A stretch of 64,000 nucleotides of DNA from Vicugna vicugna (taxonomy: Eukaryota). Of this stretch, positions 49,718 to 63,295 are shown one piece after another (positions within the stretch are counted from its first letter, which is position 1; each line of letters begins with the position of its first letter). The notes beneath the pieces are model-generated. The model did not search any database, was not told the origin of the DNA, and was given only the letters and a program-made list of their open reading frames with translations. The stretch covers positions 1,141,696-1,205,695 of the forward strand of contig MU058540.1 in the NCBI GenBank assembly GCA_013265495.1, read 5' to 3'. The position numbers and the translations under genes are program-made.

Positions 49718-51530
49718 TGACATACAGGCCCTGCGGTCTGTTCCAGCGCCCATTCCCTAAGTATCACCTCTAATGTCCCCCCTTTTTATACTTTGAGCAG
49801 CCTCACCAAAGGACCCACTGAGCCTCAGTTTCCTCATCTGTAAAATGGGGATAATGATACTAAATGAGATCATATAAAGTCCTCCTATGCACAGGAAGAC
49901 CCTCAGTAAATGTCTGCTTCTTTCCTAGCTGAGTGATTATGAGCCTGGCTTTTAGAACCAGACTGCCTGGGTCTGAATCCCAGCTCCACTACTGACCAGC
50001 TGTGTGACTTTGAGCAAATTACCTAGCCTTTCTGGGTCTTAGTGTCCCTGTTGGTGAATGGGGCTAGTAAATACCCATCCCTGGTAGTTCATATGTGTAA
50101 AGTGCTTACAAAGTACCTGGTCCAAGAAAAGTGCTCTGAGTTTGCCACTGCCTATGTATACTGGGGTGAACCCTCTCTCAAGCAGTCTGGGTCCTAACAC
50201 TGGCACCTCCTAAGACTGAGTGCCTTATCAAGATCATATATCTTGGGGGCATTTTAACCCTCCAGGCATGAGTCATGGACAGAGAAAACCACAATTCCAA
50301 GACTCCTGATATCTTGGTCCCTGGATTCAAGGTGCAGCTGGCAACAGGCTCTGTCCACCAGGCAGGTGATGGGAAACCAACTTGCAAGTATGAAGCCAGT
50401 TGGTGGGAAGATAAGGAGGGGGCAGAAGGGGCCGTGAGTATCTTTTTAAAGTACTTTGGTCCCTTGGGGGTCTCCTGCTCACCTCTGTGCATGCTGCTGG
50501 GAGGCAGTTCAGAGAATAAAACACCCTGAGGCTATTGGGCCAGTCGCTTTCCCCGTATTGTCCTGCCCCACCTCCATGCAGGTTTGCGGGGGAGGTAGAG
50601 GAATCTGGTGACGACAGCACCTGACCAGAAGTCAGATCTGTTTTTAGCCCAGCTCTGTCACTGATGCGCTGTGTGACCTTGAACAAGTCACTTTTCCTCT
50701 CTGGGCCTCAGAGTCCTGTTCTCCCAAAATTGGGACATACTCCCTGCCCTCCCTTTCCAACCAGAGATGTGGTGAGAGTAGAGAAACAACTCAAAACCTC
50801 ACCTCCTCGAAGCCTTCCATATTGGACAGAACAAAAGGGAATCTAAGTCCTCCCCACCTCCCTCCATGTCTCTCAGGCTAAGCATATGACATGAATGACC
50901 ATTTGCTCATTGATTGATTGGTTGATTCCACACGCTTGTTCGTGCTGGTCTGCCCTCCTGTCTACATATCCTCTTTGTCATGTCTGCATTTGCAGCTCCA
51001 CTGGGGAGAGCTGTGCCTGCCTCCTTGCTCAGAATGGCATGGAGAGGCTAGCAGAGGAGGCCTCTGACCAAGGGATGGCTTGGGGCTCTCAGTGGGAGCA
51101 AAGGCCCCTGGAATCCCAGGTGAGTCAGAACTTAATGGGACTGAGAAAAGTAAGTTGTTGAGGGAGATAAGACATGGGAAACACACTTGGAAAAGTGAAA
51201 ACAAACTTTGTTTGCAAAAGTGCAAATGGGAGAAAGTCTTACTCTCTGGACAGGGGCACAAAATAAGAGAGGGAGAGGGAGACGGGGAAGGATAGTTCAA
51301 CTGGGAATCAATTTTCAGTTTTTCAGTTCAGTTTTGCAACCAGAAAATCTAGAAGGAAGCTAGTTTCATTTTAGGAAGCATAGAAGTTCTGGGTCAATTT
51401 CCAAAATAACATTTTATTTTGGATTACACATGGGCAGGAATATGTGTGTGGGGGGTGTTTTCCACTCTCACTTTTTTTAGGACTTGGGGCCGCTAAGGTC
51501 TTAATTCAATGCTAGGCACATCTCAACTTC

Positions 51531-51665
51531 TTTTTTTACCTATAATTTTTCTAGTTTTTTAAAAAATTTATTACTATTATTTTTCTTAATGGAGGCATGG
51601 GGGATTGAACCCAGGACCCTGAGCCTGCTAAGCACATGCTCTACCACTGAGCTATACCCAAGCCC
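51531..51665 (-). mobile_element. tRNA-derived SINE (Vic-1-like)
   Basis: gggattgaacccaggacc...ctctaccactgagctatacc; TSD cacatctcaacttc / catatctcatgttc. Confidence 0.83.
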
Positions 51666-52922
51666 TCATATCTCATGTTCAAATGGAGTAAGCCTGGCTT
51701 GTCTGATCCCTCACCCCCTCTGTCCATCATCTGCCTAATCAGGTCTCCCTCTCCATTACCCTATATACAACTGCCCCAAACAGTTCCAGCTTCCGTGAAC
51801 CCCTAGCCTCTCTCAGGACTTGCATTATGCCCCCATCCCCTGTGAATGCCCATGCCCTTCCCGCTCCTGCATCCTCCACCAGATGCCTGGCTGCCAAGGG
51901 ACATTAAGTGTCCTCTCTCTGTCGGTGCCCAGTGCTCTGGACCTCACTGCCTTTTCAAAACATACCCCTCCTGGGTTCTATTCCGTCTACACCAAAACAC
52001 CTCATGACACACTGAGCCAGGCCCACGTATTAGCAGGGGAGGGGCAGATTTTTAGTCTTTCCATCCTAGACAGCGTTTTAAGACCCTTTGGGAAAATTAG
52101 CCTATCACATTAGGAAAGTTCAGTCTAATGGGGAAATTTTGCAGTGCTGTTCTAGACCAAAAGGGAGATATTTGGGGGTGCATGTAGTCAATGATGATAT
52201 AATAGACACCAATTATTGCACAACTGTTAGGATCCTGGCATAATGCTGGGCAAATTACATGCTTTATCTCATGCCAACAACCCTATGAGGCAAGTTCAAT
52301 TATCATCATAATAAATACAATGAAATTAACTGAGTACTTACCTCCTGAGTGGTTCCCCTGGATTGTTTTGTGTCCGATTCACAGCCTGTGAGGTAGGTGT
52401 TGCTGCTGCTCCATTTTCCGAACAAGGGAACCAAGGCATAGATCAGTTAAGTAACTTGTCACTATTAAGCTAAGGAGATAAGGAGCTATTAAAATCAGGA
52501 GACTGAACCTTGGTGAGTTTAAGTAACATGCCTATTTTCACCCAACAAACAAGTAACTAGGAAAGTCAATGTTCCCATTTTCCCCTCCACATGCTTATCA
52601 TGCCTCCTCTTGGGGCAAAGGAAAATTCCAGGTAGAGATGAGGTCAGCTAGGACCCAGAACAGCTGCGGTGGGGATGGAGGTGGGACTACTACACCCCTT
52701 ATGTGGAAGATGTCCAGAAATATTCTAGGACACAAGCCCCAGAACCCTGTCAAATGTCCCCTAGCTTTGCAGGCCTCTCTAATTCTTCCCTACCTCCTGC
52801 CCCATCTGGCTCGTCAGAATCCCAGCTATTGTTCAACACCCCATTGGAATGCTGCCTCCTCCAAGAAGCCTTCCTGGATGGCTTTAGTTCAGAGCCCTCT
52901 GACCTTCTCTAGAACATTGGCT

Positions 52923-53095
52923 GTCTCTACCCTGGCTTGTTCCAGTACCAGCAGGGAGGGTGGGCTGGTGCCAGCTTGGTGCATAGGCTATGTATGGACC
53001 AGAGTGGGCTGGAGAGAAACACAACAGCTGATGTGTGCCCTATGTCCTGTCTGGTTTACAAGTAAAGATATATTCTTCTGTCCCTCTATCCGTTC
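52923..53095 (+). repeat. 173-bp direct repeat, copy 1
   Basis: Ungapped match to 54922-55094 with 9 mismatches by manual count. Confidence 0.95.
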
Positions 53096-54229
53096 ATCCT
53101 TGGCGTAGGTACTGCTGTCTGGCCTCTCTGACCAAGTATTGAGTTCCTTCAGGCTCTTAACATCTGATATGCAGTCAGTGGTCTGAGGATTCTTTTTGAA
53201 TGAATAAATGCTGCATTTGGGCATGCCTCAGAGTCACTGGGGGCATGAATTTCAGTGCCTCTGGTGAAGGAGGATGGAGAGGGAGGGCAGGAAATATAAA
53301 TGTGTGACCAGCCAGATGCAAACATTAGGGAATGGTGAGGTTTGTGGCAAACTAGAATCTGCATACTTACTTGAGGCATTTACGATCAAATTCAGCAGGT
53401 GCCCCCAACTCCCCATGAATGGCTAGGACCTAATCTCTCCCTGACCACCTTCACTTTCTTTTCCTTTCTCTAGCTTTATTTTCCTACTTTGTGCATGTCA
53501 CTTTAAAGCATACTCTATACACTATTCATTGTATTGAACATCTGTCTTCTCTCACAGATGTGAACTACCTGAGGGCAGAGATTTGGTCTGTTTCATACTG
53601 TGCTGTAGCCCAGACCCCATCAATACCTGGCACATAGTAGGCTCTCAATAGATAGGTGTCAAATAAATCCTATTTATAAATCCAAGACAGTGCCTAGCAT
53701 GTCTGCAGTGAACAGAGCTGCCCCAGTGCCCCCTGCAGTATGCAGGCTTCCAGAAGCATTCAGGGTTCAAGGCAGGAAGAGTGAAGTTGTTGTAGGGTCA
53801 CAACAAGTCCCCAGAGAGCCCCAAGGAGATGGCCTGGAGTCTGTCTTGGTGACAGCAGGTCCAATTGGCCCAGGACAAGAGGGTTACTGACTATCCTGTG
53901 GAGTCAAGAGGGTACTTTTGGGAGGAGCTGATGTGGGTTGAGGGGTTATGGGTGGGAGGGTGGAGGAGGGGGCCGTCACTCCAGAGCACTGCTCACACAT
54001 AAACCAAACATACCCACCACATACACCCCCAGCATGTACCGGAAGATGCAGGATTAAGAGAGGCGGGAGGAATGTCCTAAAAGGTGGGGAAAGGGCAGAG
54101 AGGGGGAGGGGAGAGACACCCCGGGTCCCCAGAGCTCCTGCAGGAGGGCTGGGGAGGAGGGTGAAAGAGGGGTGCCCTCTGCACCCACCCGCCTCACAGC
54201 CCCTCTGCCACTGCAGGGAGCACCCCCTT

Positions 54230-54790
54230 GGATGAGGGCGCCGGCCTGGGGGCTGGGGGTGCTGAGGGCCCCCCCTCGCCGGGCACCTCCTAAGCCGGTT
54301 GCTGCCTCCTCAGCAGCCGGGGCGCTTCCACCTGCGCAGGCACCGCGCCGCCCTGCGCCGCGCTGCCATTGGCTGGCTAAAAATGCCTCTCTAATCTGCG
54401 CCCATCTGTGCAAGCCTCCTCCCTCATCCTCCCCGCGCCTCGTCGGCTCTGACCTTCCTCCTTCCCGCAGCCCCGGCGAGATCTGGAGAGACGCGGTGGC
54501 TGCGGCTGCAGCGCAGCCTCTCTTCCCCTGGGAAGTCGTCCGGGCTTGAGGCTGGGCCCCAGACGCCCCGCTTTGCCCTGTAGCGCCGCCGATGTTGCCG
54601 GGCGCGCCTGCCCCCAGGTAGGGGGTCTGGCCGGTGGATAGAGGATGGGGAGGGAGGGCACCAGTTAAGAGAGTGCGTGTCTGCGGTGGGCACAGAGACT
54701 GACATCTCCCCCGCCAGAGCGCAGGGGAGGATCGGACAATTACCTGGAGAGAGGTGAGCACGCGGCTGGGGTTTCCAGGGTTCGCGAGCA
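54230..54790 (+). promoter_or_regulatory. PACSIN1: CpG island; probable PACSIN1 promoter and non-coding exon 1
   Basis: CpG-rich; inverted CCAAT (ATTGG 54368-54372); candidate donors CAG|GTAGGG (54618) and GAG|GTGAGC (54754). Gene identity rests only on conserved mammalian order NUDT3-RPS10-PACSIN1; no coding exon seen. Confidence 0.6.
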
Positions 54791-54921
54791 TCACCCAAGC
54801 AGTGTCAGAATGTCCCTGCTCTGGGCCCCCTGGGAGAGGGAGCTGGCGAAGGCCTTTACCCTGGGGAAAACGCAGGAAATAGATTCCTTGGGAAGGTGGG
54901 ACCTAGGTCCCTGGGGTCCGA

Positions 54922-55094
54922 GTCTCTGGCCTGGCTTGTTCCAGTACCAGCAGGGAGGATGGGCTAGTGCCAGTTTGGTGCGTAGGCTATGTATGGACCA
55001 GAGTGGGCTGGAGAGAAACACAGCGGCTGATGTGTGCCCTATGTCCTGTCTGGTTTACAAGTAAAGATATATTCTTCTGTCCCTCTATCTGTTC
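54922..55094 (+). repeat. 173-bp direct repeat, copy 2
   Basis: Ungapped match to 52923-53095, offset 1999 bp. Confidence 0.95.
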
Positions 55095-58000
55095 CCCCAC
55101 AGCTGGTCTGAGAGTGGGGAGAGGAGAAGGAAGTGATGATAAATGGCCCACAGATACAGCAGAAGCCATGGTCTGTCTGGCACTGCCCTCCCTCCCCTGC
55201 CCCCCACCCCCCTCAGGCCCTTTGCTGCCTCTTAGAACTCTCTTCTTCTTTTTACCTTACTGGAGGCCATGAAAAGCTTAAAAGGTCATCAGAGTGTGAG
55301 GGACACGGTGGCAAACCACAGAGCTTGGCCAGACCCAGCTTCAAGCCCCAGCTGCCCCCCACCCTCCACCGCCCTGCTTTGCACCCCACGTGCAGTGACA
55401 CATGTGGCCGCTTTTCTCTGGGCACAACCATAAATAACTCATGCTGCCCTGGCTCTGGCATAGCGGGGTGCAAACAGAGCTGTCTGTCAATTATTTTGGA
55501 GGTTCTATCCCTCACCTACCTGGCCTTCCCATCACATGTCCATAAGCCACTCACAAGCCACCCTCTCCAAGCAGCTTCCTGATACCCTAGTGAGATCCTT
55601 GCCTCCTGCCCTGCGTTCTCCAACCTAGTCTGCCTTGTGGTTTAGTTATTTATGCCTTGCCTGTCGCCTGCTAGACTGGAAGTGCTTTCGGGTAGGAATG
55701 TGTCTGATTCATCTATCATCGCCCCTGCACCTGACCAGGGTCTGGCACCAAGTAAATGTTTGTGGAATGAGTGAATGAATCAACTTGAACTCTGGGAAAT
55801 AGCTGGCATCCTGAAGGGGGGGGCCCTATTGGGCTTTCCTCCCATCCCCCAGGACTAAAGAGCTACCAAAAACAGGTAGTCCACTGAAGCCAATTCTGGA
55901 CCTGGAAGCCATGGGCAGCTGTGGCATTTGGAGATAAACACAGCAGTCCCAGTGGCTCCAGAGGGTCTTTTGGGGCCCCTGGTTTGAGTCCCTGGCTGGT
56001 CCAGGCTTAGTGAAGGCCTGGGTGAAGGTCTGGCTCAGGGCCCTGAGTTGGCACTTTCTTCCTGGGTGCTAAGCTCAGACCACTGGTGTCTGTCACTTTC
56101 CTAGCTCTTGAGAGAGTCCTGGTCCACATCAGGGAATCCGGGAAGACCCAAGCCAGGCCATCCTCAGCCTCTGAGGTCCTTATGGCAAGCTCTGAACAGA
56201 TCTTACTATTGTGTGAAGAAGCAAACCCAGCCCAAAAGAGGAGGCTGCCAACAAGGGTTCTGGCCTAGCCACAAGGCCTGTGTCTGGGACATGGACATTT
56301 CCAGAACTCTTTCCCAGCCCCTGTTGCTCCTTTGACAGCCATGCTGATTAGACATCTGTGAGATGTTCTTCTCCTCATCCTACAGAGAGGGTGCTGAGGC
56401 CCAGAAAGGGTCAGCAGTAGAGCCAAGGGTGGCGCTTACTTCCCGGCTCCAAGTCCAGTGCTCTCTCCACTGGGCTTGAGGGAGCTAGGGAGAGGCCCCG
56501 GGCCCAGGTCACAATGTCCGGTTGTCCTTGAACCCAGAAGTTCCTCTGGCCTGGCTGTGTCCTTGCCCCTAGTAATGGAGAGAGTAAGGGAGTGATGCTT
56601 CAGGGCTAGGGGGAGGAAGTGGAGGGCGCTTTAGTTAGTGCCTGTAAGTGGTTGGCCCTGAGGATCTTGAGGGAAAGGATGCAGTAATAGTAGTAAAAAC
56701 TAACAGTGCACAGCATTTGCCCCATGCCAGGCTTTTCAACTATTTTTCATGTATTGACTCATTCAATCTTCACATTAATCCAACGAGGTGGGTACTGTTT
56801 TTACTCCCATTTTACAAATGAGAAGACTGAGGCACAGAGAGGTTATGTGTCCAAGGTAACACAGTTTGAAATTAGAGGAGCTAGGATTGGAACCTAGGCT
56901 CCAGAATCCCTTATTCCCTAATATATTCTCTAATGCGAGGGTAAGGCCGCTGTGGACCTGGCTGCTGGGGGCCTGTTGTCTTCATGGAGACACAGGTTTT
57001 AGGTACTCCATGGCTAATGTCCGTGCATGGCAGTTGGTATGTGCATGATTACGAGTGCCTCTGATGGCTGTGGGTGCTCACAGTGGTAACACCCATATCA
57101 GTGGGTCTCTGAGCACCTACTGCGTGGCAGGCAGGTCAAGTGATCTGTCACTTCCCTGCTCTGTATCTTTCAGTGGCTCCCCACTGCCCCAAGAACAAAG
57201 CGCAGTCTCCCTCCTGTGGCCCTGCTACCCTCCCCAAGCCTGGGCCTCCTCTCCCTTCTCGCCCTCCCTCTGCCCTCCAGCTGCTCTGAACTGCTTACAG
57301 TTCCTCAAATAAATCACACTTCTCTCACCTGCAGGCCTTTGCACAAGCTGTTCCCCTGCCTAGAACACGCTCCCTCCCCCTACTCCCTACCCATCCCTTC
57401 TCACCCTTAGGGGTCTGCTGAGATTTTTCTTCTTTCCAGAAGCTTCCATGAACTGCTCCTCCCCACACCCAGCTCACCTCACCTCACACAATATCCTCTC
57501 CGTCTTTTGATGGTTCCCCCCTCCCCATCTGTGGAGTCCTTGACAGCAGGGTCTGTGTCTTGCTCCCAGTGTCCCCAGTGCCTGGCAGAGTAGCCTAGCT
57601 CCTACTTGTGGAATGAGTTAGCAAATGTTGGTCCCCATCATATACTTTCTCTCCTTACCAGTCTTAGGACCTTTTTAGCATTCATCTCCCTAAAGGAGAC
57701 AAGGACCCTTTTAGAATTTGCATATGACCCCCCAGCAAGGACAAGCTGGCAGTGGAAAGACTTCAGTGGAGAAGTGAAACTGCCTGTGGGCCTGGCAGGA
57801 CAGGGGAGCTTGCTGGGGGCTGGCATTTGATGATTTGGAGGGAGTCCTCCCTGGAGAAGCAGTGGGGAGAGATGGGGGAGGTGGAGGCATGTCAGGTAGG
57901 TGGAGGGCTGCTCAGTTTGGTTTTACATTTTTCTTAAAGAAAAAAAAAGTTTGTATTATTATTTTTTAATTACCAAAGTAATATGTGCTTATGTGGAAAA

Positions 58001-58659
58001 TCTAGAATGTACTGGAAAGCCAAATTAAAAAAAACTCATTGGCTAGCACTAGGCCCACTTTCTGTGGACACTTTATGGCTGGTTTCCAGCCAGGGGCCCT
58101 GTGGACTGGAGGGGGAGGGTGGACACTGGAGACCTGGTGGGGCAGGTCAGGGTCCCAGGATGGGAGTATCATCAGGCCAGGGAGTGATCCCTGGGCCTGT
58201 GGACAGCTGGGGAAGAAAGCAGGAAGGGTAGAGAGAGAAGACTGGCTCTGATGCAGGCCCCACAGGGCCCCTCGGGGTGCTCGAGCTGGAGGAGCCCTTT
58301 AGCCTGGCGTTGGAGTGGTTGGGCTTTAGGACCTCAGCATCCTTCTGGCACTGGGTGTGGCCCGGGGCCTGCCCTTAGGCAGGTGTCTCTGCCAAAGCCA
58401 CAATCCCTGAAGGGGCTGCCAGCTGAGGGTCCTGTGCTGATCATACCCCCAACAAAGGTTCACCACTGGGAAGGATGGGTGGGAGGGTGGGAGACAGGCC
58501 AAAGGGAGAAGACCAGCAGGAAACTGGGCCCCCGTGGCTCTGGAAGGACGGCAACTCTAATGCTGGGAAGTTGGTGGGGCTGTCTCCCAGGTGGGGGGCA
58601 GATGGCCTCAGCTACTATTTAAAAATCAGTGATATTTAAACACTGGGCGGGGGCTGTAG

Positions 58660-58868
58660 TCAGCTTGCCAGATAAACTCCAGGATGCTTGGTTAAATCTG
58701 ACTTTCAGATAAACAACAAATTTGGCGGTTTTTTTTTTTTTTTGGAAGTATAAGTATGTCGCAAATATTGCCTGGGATGTTCTTGTACTAAAAATTTTAT
58801 ATGTTGTTTATGTGAAAGTCAAATTTAACTAAGTGTCCTATATTTTCATTTGCTAAATCTGGCCACCC
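58660..58868. mobile_element. Palindromic hAT MITE (MER53-like)
   Basis: Inverted arms ggttaaatctgactttcagataaacaaca / tgttgtttatgtgaaagtcaaatttaact; termini gccagat / atctggc. Confidence 0.75.
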
Positions 58869-60696
58869 AGTGAGGGAGGGAGCCTAGGGTCCGAATTTTC
58901 TCTTTTGTATTGGGAGAGGGGCCACTGGATAATTGTTTTGAAGTTGTCAGTTTTTTAAAAATTGTGTCCATTTTCAGAAAGTAATGACATTTTTTAAAGT
59001 TTTGCATCTGTGAACTGTTTCTGTTCATGGTCTGTAGAGTAGCTTCCCATTTGTGGATTTTGGCTCCCTAGTGCTGCTCAGAAATAATAAAATCCATCCT
59101 CTCACTTACTCAGGAGGGACAAAAGGAGATTGGATGATCAAGGGTGGAGTCACTCAATAAGGTTAATCCACTGGAGAAATAAGTTATCATCATAATAAAG
59201 CTCTTAGGTGGCAGAGGGTGTAGGAAACTGGACCTCTCCCATTAGCCGGGAGAATAGGTCGGCACTACGTTTTCGGCAATAGCTACCAAAGTTTTAACCT
59301 GGCAGTCCCATGTCCAGGGGTTTCTCCCACAGGAGCCCTCTTGGTAGCGTGCAAAGAGAGCTGGGTGGAATGGACTGTGTGGCAAAGCTTTACTTATGTC
59401 CCTCAGGAGGGTTGGTGGTATAATCAGGACCTCTCGAGATGCTGTGATTTTAGGCAGCTGTTCATTCTTTGCTTTGGTCAGTGAATGTCTTCTGTGTGCC
59501 AGGTACTGCTTTAAGTGCTGGGGACAGAGAAGAGAACGGGGCAGAGCTTAACACTAGGGTGGAAATACGGTCAGAATGTATCGGCAAGTTGAACAAGTGA
59601 CTCTGGAGAACAATGTGTTTAGTATGATTCTTGTTTTAAAAATATACATATCTATCCTCATGCTCACATTTGCATAAAAATGTCCAGGAGGCATCTCTAG
59701 GGCAGGTATTAGGAGGCCAAGTGTCAGGCAAGATGGAGAATGTTTCCTCTTTATTTTAGCATCCCGTGCTGTTTGCATTTTATGCAACAAACATCATTAT
59801 TCCTACAAAGCTTAATTAGAACACCATTTCATAATACCTGGGACTTTTCTTAGACATCTAAAAAATGAGCATTTTCATTTCATTCCCTTCAAATACAAAT
59901 TTGATGCCATTTGAGTCAGATGCTTCCACTTCGGTTTGAAGAATTTTTATTTGTGGCTGGTTTCCAGCTGGTCTCCTCATGGCCTGGTTTCTCCTCTCCC
60001 AGTCTTTTGGTGGATGAAACCTACTGGGATGAGCAAGGAGGTAAGGTAAATGTGGGTAGCAGGAGGGCTGCAGAAGGAAAATCTCAGAAGCCAAGTGTCC
60101 ATGAAAGTGGAGATTGAGCATCATGGTGTGTGTGGCACTGGGATGTCCTGTTGGGGGTACAGAAAAGGGAGGCCAGCCCTGGACGGCAGTGCCGGGGGCC
60201 TGAGAACCTCTGACATGTGCCAAGCACTGTTTTATTTATCCATATTTATTACTCATTTAATCTTCTCAGTAACCTATGAGGTTATCCCACTTTACAGACG
60301 TGGAAACTGAGATTAAGCGAGTTGCCTGACATCATACTGGCAAATAAGTGGCTGAGGCAGGATTCACACCCATGCAGTCTGGATCCATAGGCTGTGCTCT
60401 TAACCTGGATGCCCCAGCATCCCTCTTCAGGGAGTGGGGATGACCACTTCTCCCAGAGATGGGAGGCAGGCCTGCTCCTAGATATGGGGGCTGATTGATC
60501 ATGGAAGGTCTTCTGCAGGAGCAGGCCTGGAAGGAAGGGATGGTAGATTCAGCGAGGTGGAAGGTGCCTTCCAGGAAAAGTGACATCAAGGACAATGATG
60601 CAGAGTTTGGAATGTGACAGGTGGGCCTAGGGGTGGGGAGGAAATCAGCACAGGAATCCGAAGGAAGAAGTGGGAGATGAAGCCATGGTCAAAACA

Positions 60697-61262
60697 CCAA
60701 TTCAAGCAGACACACACATCCCAGTGTTCATGGCAGCACTATTTACAATAGCCAAGATATGGAAGCAACCTAAGAGCCCATCAATGGATGAATGGATAAA
60801 GAAGATGTGGTACATATAGACAATGGAATACTACTCAGACTTAATAAAGAAGGAAATTCTGCCATTTACAGCTGCACGGATGGATCTAGAGAATATTATA
60901 CTTTGTGAAATAAAGTCAGAGAGAAAGACAAATACTGTATAATATCACTTAAATGTAGAATCTAAAAAAATAATACAAACAAATGTATACAGAAAACAGA
61001 AGCAGACTCACAGATATAGAAAACAAACTAGTGGTTACTAGTGGGGACAGGGAAGTGGGGAGGGGATTAAGAGGTACAAACTATTATGTATAAATTAGAT
61101 GAGCAACAAGGTTATAGTGTATAGCACAGGGAATTATAGTTGTGATCTTGTAATAACTTTTAATGGGGTATAAACTATAAAAATACTGAATTGCCGTGCT
61201 GTACACCTAAAACTAATATTGTAAATCAACTATTCTTCAATAAACAATTAAAAAAAAAAAAC
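60697..61262 (+). mobile_element. L1 3' end with polyA
   Basis: gcagcactatttacaatagccaagatatggaagcaacctaag...ttcaataaa...A12. Confidence 0.87.
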
Positions 61263-63196
61263 TCCCATGAGAAGGGGGCATCTGTGAGCCATTAGCAGCC
61301 AGCTACTGCAGTTGCTGGGGGATGGGTGCTCCATCTGATAAAGGGGCACTGACAGCACCACCTCCACTTCCACACCCGTTTCTGCTTTGAGCCCTGCCCG
61401 TAGCCTATGATGAAGGTATTTGTTAATTACTATTATTCCCATTTGATAGATGAGGAGGCTGAGGTGGGGGGCAGGGGATGACCTACCTGGGGTTGCACAG
61501 CCAGGAAGGGGGCAGACCTTGGATTTGGGCTCAGATTCTTATTTGGGATCATCTGATTAGTAGATTAATTGTCTTAGGGGCTACTTGTTCCAAGTTTTAC
61601 TCCCAAGCATTCATTCACCAAATAAGTACTGAGTGCTCTGTGCCCAGACTGAACTGGGCACCGGCCATTCAGTGGTGAATGAAACCTGCCTCACCCTTGC
61701 CCCCTGGAGCTTTCACTCTGTGGTTCTGTCCAGGATTTAGCTGACCCCTCACCCCACTTAACCACTGCTGAGCCCTCAACAGCCTCAACTTCCATAATGA
61801 CAACACATGATGTTTGTTGAGCACTTACTGTGTGTTGGGCCCTGCACAAGGCTCCTTGTGCTGAGAAGCTCATGTCCCCTTCCTAGCACCCCACTTTCAG
61901 ATGGGTAAGCTGAGGCTGCAGAAGGGCTTAAGGCTCCTGGTCAACGTTCCTCCATAAGTGTGTTACTGAGCCAGGATCCAAAATCCTCTGAACAAGGCTC
62001 TCTCCACTCCTGCCTCCCCTCCCCTGGCCCCACCCACAGCAGGATATCTTGTGTCACTTCTATCAGCAGATTCATCGGACACCAGGCTGCCACTGCCGCC
62101 TGCTCTCCGAGTGTTGGGTGACTGGCCGCCGTCTCACCTGCCCCACTTGGCCCTGCCCCAGACGAGGCACCTCTGATGGGAGGCCTCCCTGCCCTACAGG
62201 GCCCAGGATCCCTGCCTCGGCCCTCCTTCCCAGCCCCTTTGTCACTGGCCCTGACTGGCTGGGTGGGCACTTCTGCCAGCCCCGGCTGGGCTTGGGCATT
62301 GCCCACACCCCCACCTTGCACCAGCTGGTCTGGTAAGCCGCAAAGCTAGCTCAGCTCAAGTGCCCCTGGACAGGGTTGGGGGCTGGGTGGCAGATCACGG
62401 TGGGCTTCCTTCCCTCCTCACCACTCCTCAAGCAGGGCCAGGGCAAGCTCGGCAGGGAGAAATCAAGTCACAACATTTCCACCTGAGGGGTGTAAGGGTG
62501 GGGAGGGCCCCCACAGACTGCCTTGGTGATGGGCGTCTATGAAGCAGTAGAATGGGGTTGAGCACCCCAGCCCGCATCAGCTCCAGATCCTTGAGTCCCC
62601 CTCCTGCTCTTTCTCAGACCCTCTGACTGCCCCACCCGCCAGGCCATTCTGAACCAATGTTCAGGTGAGCTCCGCAGCGGAGCTGGGCCTGTGTCCTGAA
62701 CTCAGGCCTGGAGGCAACTGTGTGCCCTGGCAGAACTCTGGGAATCTTTGTGCAAATTTTGGAAGCAAAATAGCGTACAAAGCACATATAGGTAAGTCTA
62801 TCTCCCTATTGGTGTGGCCAGTGGAGCGGTTACTCTGCTCACAGCCTGGCCCGGGTGGCTGGAGTGCTGTAGTCCACAGGGACATCTGTGTTCCCAGGAG
62901 TGGCAGGGGGGTTGCAGGGGCCAGAAGAGGTGGGGAGTCCTGAGAGCTGTGGCCGTCCCACCTTTGCTGCAAGTTAACATCAGGTTTCCACCACGTTTTC
63001 CTCCCCACCGGATGGTGTTTTCTAATTTGAACATTTTGTTTGCTAGACTTCTATAAAGAACTTTCCCCCTTCACAAATTTTATTATTCTGAAATATGGTA
63101 TATACAGTAGGATAAAGGCTTGATTCTTTTCCTTTATCAAGTTTTAGAGAAATGAGCTGATGTGAATATTTTTCCCAGTTTTAAAATATAAAAGTG

Positions 63197-63280
63197 GGGG
63201 TGCTCAACAGTAGAGCACATGCTTGGCATGCCTGAGGTCTGGGTTCAATCCCCAGTACTTCCATTTAAAAATAAATAAAA
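63197..63280 (+). mobile_element. Short tRNA-derived SINE (Vic-1-like)
   Basis: Perfect 15-bp TSD taaaatataaaagtg at 63182-63196 and 63281-63295. Confidence 0.85.
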
Positions 63281-63295
63281 TAAAATATAAAAGTG

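Noticed and set aside
54054..54798. 246-aa minus-strand ORF and neighbours
   Set aside because: CpG-island artefacts; no PACSIN F-BAR or other recognisable sequence.
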